The position numbers were made by a program, and so were the translations under genes. From positions 1 through 64,000 of the IMG/VR virus record IMGVR_UViG_3300042934_000980: DNA of 64,000 bases. The stretch is one strand, 5' to 3'. The notes below the pieces were generated by a model. That model was not told where the DNA came from, did no database searches, and worked only from the letters and a program-made list of their open reading frames with translations. Below, one piece after another: positions 36,148 to 45,803 of the stretch; the stretch's first letter is position 1, and each line of letters starts with the position of its first letter.

Positions 36148-37152
36148 TTAAGCGAAAACACCCAGTACACCATGAATGTACCGGTCGGTATAGCCGACCA
36201 CACGCGGGGTGAATCCACTATAAAATGCAAGTGCTCCGTGATTCCCCTCAAGAAGCTTCTCCGCTTCCTTCAGTGCGCTCTTGCTCACCTTGAACTCCAG
36301 CTTGCCCAACGCTTCGTCAACGACCTTGACCATTTCGGCCCAAGACTTGAGAAATGCAAGGTAACCGTCGTAGGCGTCTTTCACACGCTGATGGAGACTG
36401 TTCACTTTGTCCAGCTTGTTCAGCACCTCAGCGATCTGAGATTTGGACAGCGAAAGGTTCCCACCTTCGCCCGCAGGTGAATCCCCGGACATAGAATATT
36501 TCGGGGAGTAACCATCAGGATCGTTAAACGTCCACTCTTTGCCCCCGGGCAGCACGGCAGAGTGCTGAGCGCCCGATTGGTTGCGCGGAAGTTTGAAGGC
36601 TGGGTACTTCAGTTTTTCCATAGCATCGATCACTGCGAAAACGTCATCGGTATGCTTGGCATCTTTGAGCTTACGGACGGCGATCAACTGAGCATCCAGA
36701 TGATCGAGTACTTCCTTGCTGTGCTTGTCGAGAATCTCAAGTTGCGACAGCAGAACGTCCATATCGTGCCCAATATGATCGTGATCGCCTTGGGAGGTGA
36801 TCAACGCCACTTGGGCGGCGCTCAGTTCGATAGAATGTTCCTCTTTATCAGAGGCCGACGAAATCACCTTGCGGATCAACGTCTTGTTATCATCGAACGT
36901 CTTGGACAGCTGGGACCCGGCCGCCTTAAACCCCGTGGTAAGGCCTGAGAGCGCTTTACCCCCAACCCACTTGGTGACGCTGAGCAAACCGGAGCCCAGG
37001 TTCTGCAGGCTGTCCATGAACGCTTCTTGGCCTTTGACCGAGTCCACGTCCAAAGCCATGAGGCTACCGAGCTCAATCACGTCACGCAGCGACTGGCTCA
37101 GTTGCAGGTGCTGTTCCATGCCGGTGATCAGCAAACGCTTGTTCTGACTCAT
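36148..37152 (-). CDS. Internal head protein paralog
   Basis: KGQE|AFMDSLQNLG site and an LPGGK motif. Confidence 0.6.
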   Translation of the reverse strand: MSQNKRLLITGMEQHLQLSQSLRDVIELGSLMALDVDSVKGQEAFMDSLQNLGSGLLSVTKWVGGKALSGLTTGFKAAGSQLSKTFDDNKTLIRKVISSASDKEEHSIELSAAQVALITSQGDHDHIGHDMDVLLSQLEILDKHSKEVLDHLDAQLIAVRKLKDAKHTDDVFAVIDAMEKLKYPAFKLPRNQSGAQHSAVLPGGKEWTFNDPDGYSPKYSMSGDSPAGEGGNLSLSKSQIAEVLNKLDKVNSLHQRVKDAYDGYLAFLKSWAEMVKVVDEALGKLEFKVSKSALKEAEKLLEGNHGALAFYSGFTPRVVGYTDRYIHGVLGVFA

Positions 37153-37163
37153 TGCAGACCTCC

Positions 37164-38483
37164 TTAAGGGGTATTGACCTTGATGGAGGTGTAGCAGAGC
37201 TCAACCATGCCGGAGAAGATCAACACCAGGTAGCTGTTGACCGCAGCCCGTACGTTCAGCATTTCCAGCTGGTTCTTACGGATCACGGCGTTGAACTGGG
37301 TGAGCAGGCGGTCTTTGAGCTCGGTGGAGATGTCCGCTTCCACAAAGCCTTTGACGATGTCCAGGTACTCTGGATCGCTCAGCTGGTAGCGGCTGGTGGT
37401 CTCCACGCTTTTACGCCAGTCCTTGAGGACTTCACGCAGCAGCTTGGTCACCGACTTGATCTCGCTCTGGCTCAGGCTTTTGATTTCCATGCCCAGCTTG
37501 GGGAAGACCATCGGGGCGTTGTTCTCGAACCCGGTGAAGTCCACCTTGACGTAACGCTGGATCGAGTCTTCAGCCGCTTCTAGGGTCTTGACGTCGCGCA
37601 CCGGCGAATCCTGACGCACGTCCACAAAGTAGGCGCCGCCCATCAGCTCCACGCTTTGCTTGGCGGTAACACCTGGCGCTGCGTAAACGCGGTTGGGGTA
37701 GGTGCACTCTTTGAAACGCTCCGACGGGATGGCCTTGGGCATCAGCAGGAACCGTTCTTCGGCCGCTTGCTGGTCCAACCCCGAGAAGCCGCCAAAGTAG
37801 CTCAGCGTGCTGTTGAGGTTGTTCTTGGCGTTCAGGTGGTAGTTGTTGGACAACCCACTGATGGTGCGGCTGAGTTTACCCAGGTTGGTGACCCACTCGC
37901 CGTTGACTTCACCGTTGACCTTGAACAGGTTGAACAGGCGCTCGCCCAGGTTGATGGTTTCCAGGTCGCGGTTGAACGCAGGGGTGGTGTTGATGGAGTT
38001 TTCCAGCAAGTCCACTTGCTTTTCCAGCGCATCCTGAGACTGGGTCAGCAGGATGTAAGCCTCACGGAAACTGATGCTCATCTGGGTGACCACTTGCCGG
38101 GAGCGCTTGAAGAAGTCTTCCAGGAAGCTCTCACAGCCTGCCAGACGCGTGACAATGTACTCACGCGGCAACAGGGTAAAGCCCAGCGCTTCAGCGCCCT
38201 CCACGACGTCCATGCCCTCAGCGGGCGCGATCTCAACATCCGAGCGCTCCAACTGACGGTCCAGGCTGAAGGCAATGCTTGGGGTGATCTCGTGGGCCTT
38301 GAGGATGTTCAGGGTATTGCGCACGGCCTGAACCCGGTCCTTGGCGTCGTCGAGTTTGTTCTGGTAACGGTTCAACTCAGCCGAATCAGAAGCGTGAGCC
38401 ACCAGTTCCTGAGACTGTACCACGTTGATAGCCGCCATTTCGGCTGCCAACTTTTCACTTGCAAGTACCTCAGGACTAGCCAT
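37164..38483 (-). CDS. Internal head protein paralog
   Basis: Start MASPEV at 38483 (GGAG RBS); AGCE|SFLEDFF site and SVELMGG motif. Confidence 0.6.
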   Translation of the reverse strand: MASPEVLASEKLAAEMAAINVVQSQELVAHASDSAELNRYQNKLDDAKDRVQAVRNTLNILKAHEITPSIAFSLDRQLERSDVEIAPAEGMDVVEGAEALGFTLLPREYIVTRLAGCESFLEDFFKRSRQVVTQMSISFREAYILLTQSQDALEKQVDLLENSINTTPAFNRDLETINLGERLFNLFKVNGEVNGEWVTNLGKLSRTISGLSNNYHLNAKNNLNSTLSYFGGFSGLDQQAAEERFLLMPKAIPSERFKECTYPNRVYAAPGVTAKQSVELMGGAYFVDVRQDSPVRDVKTLEAAEDSIQRYVKVDFTGFENNAPMVFPKLGMEIKSLSQSEIKSVTKLLREVLKDWRKSVETTSRYQLSDPEYLDIVKGFVEADISTELKDRLLTQFNAVIRKNQLEMLNVRAAVNSYLVLIFSGMVELCYTSIKVNTP

Positions 38484-39000
38484 AGTAGTTTTCTCCGCCC
38501 AAGAGTAGGAATAGACGTCCCAAGGCAGCGGGGCCGATGCCTGCCGCAAGACGGTAAAGGTCGTAGTCGTCGAGGCGGTAACCCTTCTCGATAAAGGGCA
38601 CACTGGAACCTGCACGGTGGATTGGACCGTACGTGGCTGCGCGGCGTTTGGCCGCGGCCTGGAGGGTGTGCTCTTGAATACGGATTTGCGAGAGCAGCGA
38701 TTGCACACCCACCTTACCGTTAAGGTAATGCAGGATGTCCTTGGCCAGCACCGCCATAGGCCCGCGGCCGCTGTCGTAGTTGGCTTCCAAGAACTTGGCA
38801 AAGTTGCCGCCGGTGATCAGGTTGACGTCGCGCAGCGTTTCGATGGCCACGTAGCCTTTCATCACGATCTCGAAATCGTTGTAGCTGTCGATTCGCAACA
38901 GCCGCAGATTACGAAACAGGGACGCAAGGTCCCCGTCGCTCAACGCAGCGTTCACGTAACCGTTACTGGCCAGTCGAAAGTCAGGCATAGCTGGCCTCAA
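38476..39000 (-). CDS. Virion protein (phiKZ gp91-like position)
   Basis: ORF overlapping both neighbours; the true start may be the internal MPDF. Confidence 0.55.
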   Translation of the reverse strand: MRPAMPDFRLASNGYVNAALSDGDLASLFRNLRLLRIDSYNDFEIVMKGYVAIETLRDVNLITGGNFAKFLEANYDSGRGPMAVLAKDILHYLNGKVGVQSLLSQIRIQEHTLQAAAKRRAATYGPIHRAGSSVPFIEKGYRLDDYDLYRLAAGIGPAALGRLFLLLGGENYYG

Positions 39001-39862
39001 TACGCTCGATGGCGTCCTGGTTCTTGATGATCTCGTTCTGATAGATCTCGATCTGACGTTCCAGCTGGGGATCGTCGCCGCCGTTTTGCTTGTTGACGGC
39101 TTGGGAGACCTTCATGGCGAAGAGTTCGTTTTCACGACGCATCTTTTCAATGCGCATGATGTTGATCTTGGACCACAGCAGGCTGACCCAGAACATGGGG
39201 TTAACCAGGTGCACACCAAAGCCTTGTTTCAAGGCGTCCACGCTCTGCGCCCCTTCCATGCTTTCGAGCACGTCCAACGAGGTCTGCGAAGCTTCCACAT
39301 CCGGCACGTTGTTGAGGTTGGTGATCATGGCGCGCGAGCCGCTGAACAGGTCAGCCGACAGGGTGCGGTAGAACATCTCGGTGCCGTTGATCCAGCGGAA
39401 GTCCACCTTGTCCAGATACTGCGCAGGGTCCTGACCTTTGAGGTGGTTGGTCAGCAACACATCGAACACCATGCGGGTGTACTTGCACCAGAACAGCAGG
39501 TGTTCGATCATGTTGAGCAGGTTGAGCTGGCGGACGGTGAGCAGCTTGCCGTCCCAGATCTTTTCCTTGTAACCCTGCACCAGCTTGGTCAGCTCAGGCA
39601 ACAGCGACTCGATCACGTTGGTTTCATACAGCACCGCTTCCACCAAGGTGTTGCCGGTAAAACCGCGGGCCTTCAGGTGCTTCATCACACCCTTGGACAC
39701 GATCCAGCGCTCGCTTTCGGCAACCAGCAGGATATGGTTGCTTTGCATGCGCATCAGGTTGGCCTTGATGTCCAAGACCGCCACCTTGACGTTGAGCAGG
39801 CTTTCGAGGATCTCGCCTTCCTTGAAGGTCTTGACACCCCGTGCGTATTCAATAACGTTCAT
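38981..39862 (-). CDS. Inner-body structural protein (phiKZ gp90-like)
   Basis: 293 aa; VNPMFW motif and C-terminal DPQLERQIEIYQ coiled coil; synteny. Confidence 0.65.
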   Translation of the reverse strand: MNVIEYARGVKTFKEGEILESLLNVKVAVLDIKANLMRMQSNHILLVAESERWIVSKGVMKHLKARGFTGNTLVEAVLYETNVIESLLPELTKLVQGYKEKIWDGKLLTVRQLNLLNMIEHLLFWCKYTRMVFDVLLTNHLKGQDPAQYLDKVDFRWINGTEMFYRTLSADLFSGSRAMITNLNNVPDVEASQTSLDVLESMEGAQSVDALKQGFGVHLVNPMFWVSLLWSKINIMRIEKMRRENELFAMKVSQAVNKQNGGDDPQLERQIEIYQNEIIKNQDAIERIEASYA

Positions 39863-40998
39863 TACATACCCCCGTTCAACAGTTTGACCAGATCGGCCAG
39901 CGTGTTGCTGCCGGTGTCTTTCTTGGATTTGATGGCCAGGTCACGACGCGTGTAAACTTCTGGCATGTCGTTACCGTGGGTGTAGAAGGTAAACACACCG
40001 CGGTCTTCGTTGCAGACCACGATGGTGTTGGCCTTCACGGCGCGGAAGATGTGCTCGCGGCTGGTGGCATCACCAAAGCGCTTGCCGATGTCCAGCTCCA
40101 ACTGAGTGGAGGTGTCTTTGTTCATCACAAAGGCGTTGGCCAAGTTGTTGAAACTGACCAGACCGGTACGCAGGGCTGCCATCTTGTTACCGGTTTCCCG
40201 GTTCATGGCTTCCTTGTAGTACCCGGACATGTCTTCGTTCTTGATCTTGAAGCGTTCTTTGATGATGTCCTTACCACCCAAGAACTCAGGGCCGGTGATT
40301 TCGCCGGTCTTGAGCATCAGCAGACGCGCAAAGAAGCCGTCTTCGCCGCGCGCAGCGGTGAATACTCGGGTCAGGTCCTTGCCCTGGATGGGGACGGGGA
40401 TCTGGCGGAAGGTCAGCGGGAACTCTTGCTTGGCGCCGGCTTCACCGTAGATGGTGGCGAGCACGACTTTGCCGATGGCCAGCGGGGTGTATTCATTCAG
40501 GTCCGGGAAGGTCTTGCCACCGATCTGCACAGTGTTGGCCGGGATCGGTTCTTTTTCATCGCCCTTGTCCTTGGGGTCGGCTGCTTCATTGCCGGTGACC
40601 AACTTGATGTTGTCATCCAGCGCTTCAGCACCCATCACCGACAACAGACCGCCGCGGTTGGGGTTGATGGTGCCGATGATGTTTTCAACCTTGACGCCCA
40701 TGCCCACCGAGTTCTGCAACGACAGGTGGGTCAGGGTGGCGACGATGTCGCGCAACATGATGACCTGCATCAAGTCGCCCATGAATTCTTGGTGCAACAA
40801 TGGGGCTTCAATCGCCGTCATAGGGGCGATAATGGCACGGTTTGCACTCTGGTGAACAGAGGTCGTGCTGACCACATTGTATGAATGTTTTGCGCGCTCA
40901 GCCACCGAGGCAGCGGAGCCTATGTCCTTGCTATCCGGATAAAGCTTGGACGCAAAGTCCAACAGGAAAGACCCCAAATTGAGCACTGTACCGATCAT
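39862..40998 (-). CDS. Inner-body structural protein (phiKZ gp89-like)
   Basis: 378 aa; G-x-E sites (MGAE, TGNE) and motif PLAIGK; divergent from the gp88-like gene. Confidence 0.65.
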   Translation of the reverse strand: MIGTVLNLGSFLLDFASKLYPDSKDIGSAASVAERAKHSYNVVSTTSVHQSANRAIIAPMTAIEAPLLHQEFMGDLMQVIMLRDIVATLTHLSLQNSVGMGVKVENIIGTINPNRGGLLSVMGAEALDDNIKLVTGNEAADPKDKGDEKEPIPANTVQIGGKTFPDLNEYTPLAIGKVVLATIYGEAGAKQEFPLTFRQIPVPIQGKDLTRVFTAARGEDGFFARLLMLKTGEITGPEFLGGKDIIKERFKIKNEDMSGYYKEAMNRETGNKMAALRTGLVSFNNLANAFVMNKDTSTQLELDIGKRFGDATSREHIFRAVKANTIVVCNEDRGVFTFYTHGNDMPEVYTRRDLAIKSKKDTGSNTLADLVKLLNGGM

Positions 40999-41027
40999 GT
41001 TAACCTCTCCAAGAAGGAATGTTCTAA

Positions 41028-42101
41028 ATGGCCATCAAGGACCAAAATTCTGAGGGATGGTTCGAGGGAACCCCAGGAAACCAGAAACCGACTGCCGCCT
41101 TAGACTCAAGTAATGTCGGCGAATTTTTAGATTACGCGTTTCGTGAAAACGGAGGACCGGGATACGGGAGTGCGTTGGTTAACATGCTCCGCGGCATCAG
41201 AATCCTAGGTCCAGGGAACCAGTTAGCGCCCATCCCCGACGACACCATAGGATTAGCGTTTGTTAGCCGGCCGATGCTGAATTTGTCCGATGAAAACGTA
41301 ATCAAACACCCGCAGTTGGCTCCCTTGTACCGGCCGCAGAAAAACACCTTGATGGCTTACATCAAAGGCTTGTTGGACCCCACGTGGGGACGGGGTAACA
41401 GTGGGCTGTCCGATATCTTGGACCCGCTTTACCCCTGGATCGCTCCGGTCACCAACCTGCTCAAGGTCAGTTCCGGGTTTCCGGACCTAAGCCTTGCCAC
41501 CACTAAAAGTGGCAGCGGGTTTCGTAAGGAAGTCCACCAGCGCGCCGCCGGGGTGCTTAAAGTCAACTACGACTTTGAGATGCGCCAAAGCTACCACATG
41601 CCCAAACCCAACGTGCTGCCGTACATGTACGAAGCCTGGGTGCATTACATAGAAGCGGTAACGTTGGGCGATGAAGGGATGGAGCCGTACCCTGAAGCCT
41701 TGATCGAGAACTACCTCGATTACGACTGCCGCATCTACCACATGATTCTGAACAAGAACATGCGCAACATCGAGTGGCTGTTCTGTAACGCCAGCTGCTT
41801 TCCCACCACCTTCCCCTCAGGCGCCTTCAGCACCATTGACCGGACGCAGAACAGTTTGCGCGGTCAGGGTCAAGACGAACTGGAGATTGGGTTTAGCTGC
41901 GTGGGGTTCCGGTTCGGGAACATTCGCATTGCCGACATGTTTAACCGCACCACCCTTAAATTCAATCCAGGTCTGCATCCAAGCGTGCGCGATCAAGCCT
42001 ACCGCAAGCTCGACTTCTCCGAGTACTTTGCCGGGGGCTACGACGTGACGCCGTGGATCAACATCAACACGATGGAACTGGAATACTGGAGTAAGATCTG
42101 A
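41028..42101 (+). CDS. Virion structural protein (phiKZ gp88-like)
   Basis: Motifs GLAFVSRPMLNLS, IENYLDYDCRIY and PWININTMELEYW. Confidence 0.65.
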   Translation: MAIKDQNSEGWFEGTPGNQKPTAALDSSNVGEFLDYAFRENGGPGYGSALVNMLRGIRILGPGNQLAPIPDDTIGLAFVSRPMLNLSDENVIKHPQLAPLYRPQKNTLMAYIKGLLDPTWGRGNSGLSDILDPLYPWIAPVTNLLKVSSGFPDLSLATTKSGSGFRKEVHQRAAGVLKVNYDFEMRQSYHMPKPNVLPYMYEAWVHYIEAVTLGDEGMEPYPEALIENYLDYDCRIYHMILNKNMRNIEWLFCNASCFPTTFPSGAFSTIDRTQNSLRGQGQDELEIGFSCVGFRFGNIRIADMFNRTTLKFNPGLHPSVRDQAYRKLDFSEYFAGGYDVTPWININTMELEYWSKI

Positions 42102-45031
42102 TGGCACTGTCACAAGATGACTTGGAGCGGTTGGCCAACAACCCCCAGCGTGGAATCAACCAGGTCGTAAACGAGATCGAGACCAACTGGTTCAATGGCA
42201 CGGTGCGCCTGAACAGCAAAAGCCACCCGGCGGTGCTGAGCATCGATCTGATCTTGGGCACCACCCATGGCTTTTTGAACCGGCTCAGTGATGCGGTAAG
42301 CAAAACGTTTCTGATGCACGCCCGCAACATCAGCGACCTGTCGCGCAACATGGCCGATGAAGAGCGCTTTGGTCTGTTTGCCAACCCGGCTGACTGTGAA
42401 CTGCAATTGGCCATCTCGGAAGCCAGCTTTTTGGAGATCGCCAAAGATTTCACAATCTCTCAGGGCAAGAGCACCCTGACCTACAAAAAGTTGCTGATCC
42501 CCAAAGACACCGTCATCGAGGTCAATGGCTACAGCTTTGCGGTCAACAACGGCATTGAGCTGCGCTTCAGCGAAAAGTCAGGCTGGCAGGCGGTGTATGA
42601 CGAGGAAACCAACAACCCGTTCGCCCCCATCACCACCAACCTGATCGGCAAAGACAAGAAGGTGGTGGGCAGTACTGTGTACCGGTTGTTTACCATCCCA
42701 GTCCAGCAGCTGCACATCCGGGCCACGGAAAACATCACCTCCAACGAAGGGTCGGGTTGCCGCGGCAGCATCGAGTACACCGACTACCTCTACGGGGTGC
42801 GGGCCTTCCTTATGAAGGACGGGGTACTGAGTGAAGTTCGGGTCACTTACGACCAGGACGTGTTTGATCCTTTGACCCCCACCTTGACGCTGAACATCGA
42901 CACGGTGAACCGGATGTTTCAGTACGAAATCCCGGACGTGTACATCAGCAACAAGCTGGGGGTGGGGAGTCTTCGGATCTACACCTACACCACCAAGGGT
43001 GAACTGACCAAGGATCTGCGTGAGACCCCTTCGCAAGAAGTGGTTCCCAACTATCAGGACTACCGCTACGGTGCGGGCAAGATGGGTGAGTACTCCACGC
43101 CTTTGCGTAATGCCCCAGGGATTGCGTGGGCGGTGAGTAAAGTCACCACAGGTGGCAGTAACCCGGTGGACTTCAACGTGCTCAAGCAGCAGTTGATCAA
43201 TGACCGGCGCAGCCGTGTAATCCCTATCACCGAAAACAACCTGACCGGTAAGGTTGAGAACTACGGCTACAACGCCGTGAAAGCAATCGACTACCTGACC
43301 GGACGCAGCTACTCGGTGAGCAAGGAACTGCCGATCCAAGACAACAAAGGCTTCTACGCCCCGATGTCGTGTTACGTGGGCAGTCACCTGACCTCGGCCA
43401 ACGACTTGGTAGGGGCGGGTGTGGTCATGGACAACGGCAAGCGGATCACCATTCCGCACAACGTGCTGTTTGACATCACCCAGCCCACCTCCAAGCTGGT
43501 GAACAGCCTGACCAAGGACCGTTACTTGGGCTTGAGCAGTGAAGCTTTGGTTGACACCATGGCCGACCTGACGCTGGCCTACACCCCGTTCTACTACGTG
43601 ATGGACCTGACCAGCAACCAAGCCGTGCTCAGGACTTATCACCTGGATGAACCTAAGGTGAACAAGCAAACGTTCGTGGCCGAGAACTCGTTGCTGGGCT
43701 TTGAACTGGGGGTGGGGGCGCTGACCATCGAGCACCAAGACGACGGTTACCTGATCACGGTGCAAACCAAATCCAGCGACGCGTACAAGAAGTTGGACAA
43801 CAACCTCTTGGGGCTGCAGTTGAGTATCACCCCGCAGGACTCCAACAGCTTGGCCAGCATGGCAGGTGAATTGGTGGCCTTAAGCGAGGATGGGGAACGG
43901 ATCTGGGAGTTCCGCCTGAAGAGCAAGTTTGATGTGGACGTCAACGACGTGATCTACTTCACCAACTTCTCGCAGTTCGGTTCGGTCCAACCTTCCACCG
44001 GCACCCCGTTGGATCTGGAGATGACCCTGATCTTCACCTACGCCGGCGACCCTGAGCTGACCAAGTCCGATTCTGACGTCAAGATCGATAAGACCTTGTT
44101 TGAAGACGACATGGTGGCGATCATCGAGACCCGGTACAACGCAACCTTGGGCAAACTGCTGGGCAACCTCTACAGCCGGATCCGTCCGTTGGTGGGGGAG
44201 GCGCAGTACAAGCGTTACGAAGCCGATGTCCCGCAGACGTACACCCAGACCACCATGCGCCGTGAGAACGGCCAGTTGGTGTTTGACGAGGCCGGTAACC
44301 CAATCCCTGAGCACCAAGCCGGCGACATCGTCTACAACGACAACGGCAGTGTGCGGTTGCTGTACCGCCGCGGTGACGTGGTGATAGATGAGAACGGGCA
44401 ACCGGTGGAACTGGCGCCGCGGGACTTGAAGTACCATTGGGACTTTATTGCGTTCGATGGCAACTACTTCTTCTCCAACGACGTCTACGACCAAGAGTTC
44501 GCTCAGGCCACCAAAGACTACTTTGTCGATGTGATCAGCAAAGACATGGAAGCCTTTACCTCGCAAGCACTGGACCGCACTAACCTGCTGTACCAGCCGC
44601 GCAGTAAGCTGGGGTACCAGAAGGTGGTGGTCAACAGCAACTACGAGTCGTTCTTGAAACAGGACCTCTCGTTCACGGTCACCTACTACCTCACGGCCAG
44701 CGGGTACCGTAACCAGAACCTCAAGGACGCACTGAGTAATTCCACCCCGCAGGTACTCAACCAACAGCTGTACGGGTCGAGCACCATTGCCATGTCCAGC
44801 TTTATCACCTCGCTGTTGGGTGATTCCAGTCAGGATGTGGTGACGGCTAAGATCAACGCCTTGTCGGGAGACACGACAGTTGATGTTATCAGTAACGTGG
44901 ACGACCTCACAGGCTTCAGTGTTCGTAAAGAACTCAAACTCAGTGGGGACGGTGGTGTGGCAGTTAAGGAGGCGATTGACATCATCTTCTTGCCGCACGA
45001 CATCAGCACCGCCGGTGTGATGAACAACTAA
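42101..45031 (+). CDS. Large baseplate wedge-like structural protein (phiKZ gp87-like)
   Basis: 976 aa; motifs IYTYTTKGEL and TTGGSN typical of wedge proteins; 1-nt overlap with the upstream gene. Confidence 0.7.
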   Translation: MALSQDDLERLANNPQRGINQVVNEIETNWFNGTVRLNSKSHPAVLSIDLILGTTHGFLNRLSDAVSKTFLMHARNISDLSRNMADEERFGLFANPADCELQLAISEASFLEIAKDFTISQGKSTLTYKKLLIPKDTVIEVNGYSFAVNNGIELRFSEKSGWQAVYDEETNNPFAPITTNLIGKDKKVVGSTVYRLFTIPVQQLHIRATENITSNEGSGCRGSIEYTDYLYGVRAFLMKDGVLSEVRVTYDQDVFDPLTPTLTLNIDTVNRMFQYEIPDVYISNKLGVGSLRIYTYTTKGELTKDLRETPSQEVVPNYQDYRYGAGKMGEYSTPLRNAPGIAWAVSKVTTGGSNPVDFNVLKQQLINDRRSRVIPITENNLTGKVENYGYNAVKAIDYLTGRSYSVSKELPIQDNKGFYAPMSCYVGSHLTSANDLVGAGVVMDNGKRITIPHNVLFDITQPTSKLVNSLTKDRYLGLSSEALVDTMADLTLAYTPFYYVMDLTSNQAVLRTYHLDEPKVNKQTFVAENSLLGFELGVGALTIEHQDDGYLITVQTKSSDAYKKLDNNLLGLQLSITPQDSNSLASMAGELVALSEDGERIWEFRLKSKFDVDVNDVIYFTNFSQFGSVQPSTGTPLDLEMTLIFTYAGDPELTKSDSDVKIDKTLFEDDMVAIIETRYNATLGKLLGNLYSRIRPLVGEAQYKRYEADVPQTYTQTTMRRENGQLVFDEAGNPIPEHQAGDIVYNDNGSVRLLYRRGDVVIDENGQPVELAPRDLKYHWDFIAFDGNYFFSNDVYDQEFAQATKDYFVDVISKDMEAFTSQALDRTNLLYQPRSKLGYQKVVVNSNYESFLKQDLSFTVTYYLTASGYRNQNLKDALSNSTPQVLNQQLYGSSTIAMSSFITSLLGDSSQDVVTAKINALSGDTTVDVISNVDDLTGFSVRKELKLSGDGGVAVKEAIDIIFLPHDISTAGVMNN

Positions 45032-45037
45032 GCAGTT

Positions 45038-45078
45038 ATAACCCCTACCCCAGCCATTACGGTCGGGGTAGGGGTTAT
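45038..45078. terminator. Bidirectional hairpin, CCCTAC family
   Basis: 14-bp stem ATAACCCCTACCCC/GGGGTAGGGGTTAT. Confidence 0.8.
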
Positions 45079-45083
45079 GTTTG

Positions 45084-45803
45084 TTACTCACCCAGTGGGT
45101 AGTGGTGCAGGTAGTTGGCAAACAGCAGGATCAACTCCATTACCGCTTCGATGGTGTTCAGGCGATATTCCACCGACCCCAACGACATCTCCCAGCGCAC
45201 CGGCATTTCCTTGTCCACAAACGTTTTCAAGGCTTCGCCCACCAGCTGTTCCAGGTTTTCCAAGAACAGGTAGTCCCCTTGTTCAACGATATCCACCGTT
45301 GGACTCAGGTCTTCCCATTTCGCCGCACCGTTGCTCAGCAACTGCGAACGAATCTCGTAAACCCCCCAACCCATGTAACCCAGGAACTTGGCAACTTGCA
45401 TGCGCACGGTATTGATCGTGGTGACCAATTCCGGGGTGCTTTGCACCGGCAAGCCGTTGACATGGTCCAGGACCGCACGGATCTGGCATTGCAGGTCTTC
45501 ACTGGCCTTAACGAAGAACGCTTGGGTGATGACCGTGGTGATGGTTGCCCTCACACGATCGTCCAAGCCTTTCTCCAGGATAATTCGACCGTTTTCCTTG
45601 GGGAAGTTGTTGTACAGCTTGGTCTTGAGCACCATCGCTTCGCGCGGTTCCCAGAAGCGGTTAACAATCTCCACCGCTTCTTCGTAACTCACCCCGTGAC
45701 GCAGTTGGGTCACCAAGCCCTTGAGAGCCCCGCCAACGGCCGACAGCTCCGTTTGGGCATTGGTGCGTGCCTCAACCAATTGCTCGTACGCTGGATGGGT
45801 CAT
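45084..45803 (-). CDS. Hypothetical protein
   Basis: 239-aa ORF coupled to the upstream gene by an ATGA overlap. Confidence 0.6.
   Translation of the reverse strand: MTHPAYEQLVEARTNAQTELSAVGGALKGLVTQLRHGVSYEEAVEIVNRFWEPREAMVLKTKLYNNFPKENGRIILEKGLDDRVRATITTVITQAFFVKASEDLQCQIRAVLDHVNGLPVQSTPELVTTINTVRMQVAKFLGYMGWGVYEIRSQLLSNGAAKWEDLSPTVDIVEQGDYLFLENLEQLVGEALKTFVDKEMPVRWEMSLGSVEYRLNTIEAVMELILLFANYLHHYPLGE

Noticed and set aside
34858-36480. 540-aa antisense ORF (and similar ones at 4705, 10568, 16621, 42578, 43880, 52205)
   Set aside because: Shadow frames of highly biased genes on the opposite strand.
38484-38801. N-terminal extension of the 545-aa track ORF
   Set aside because: Lies inside 38476..39000. 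ATG at 38483 has a GGAG RBS, and I saw no slippery site suggesting a fusion.
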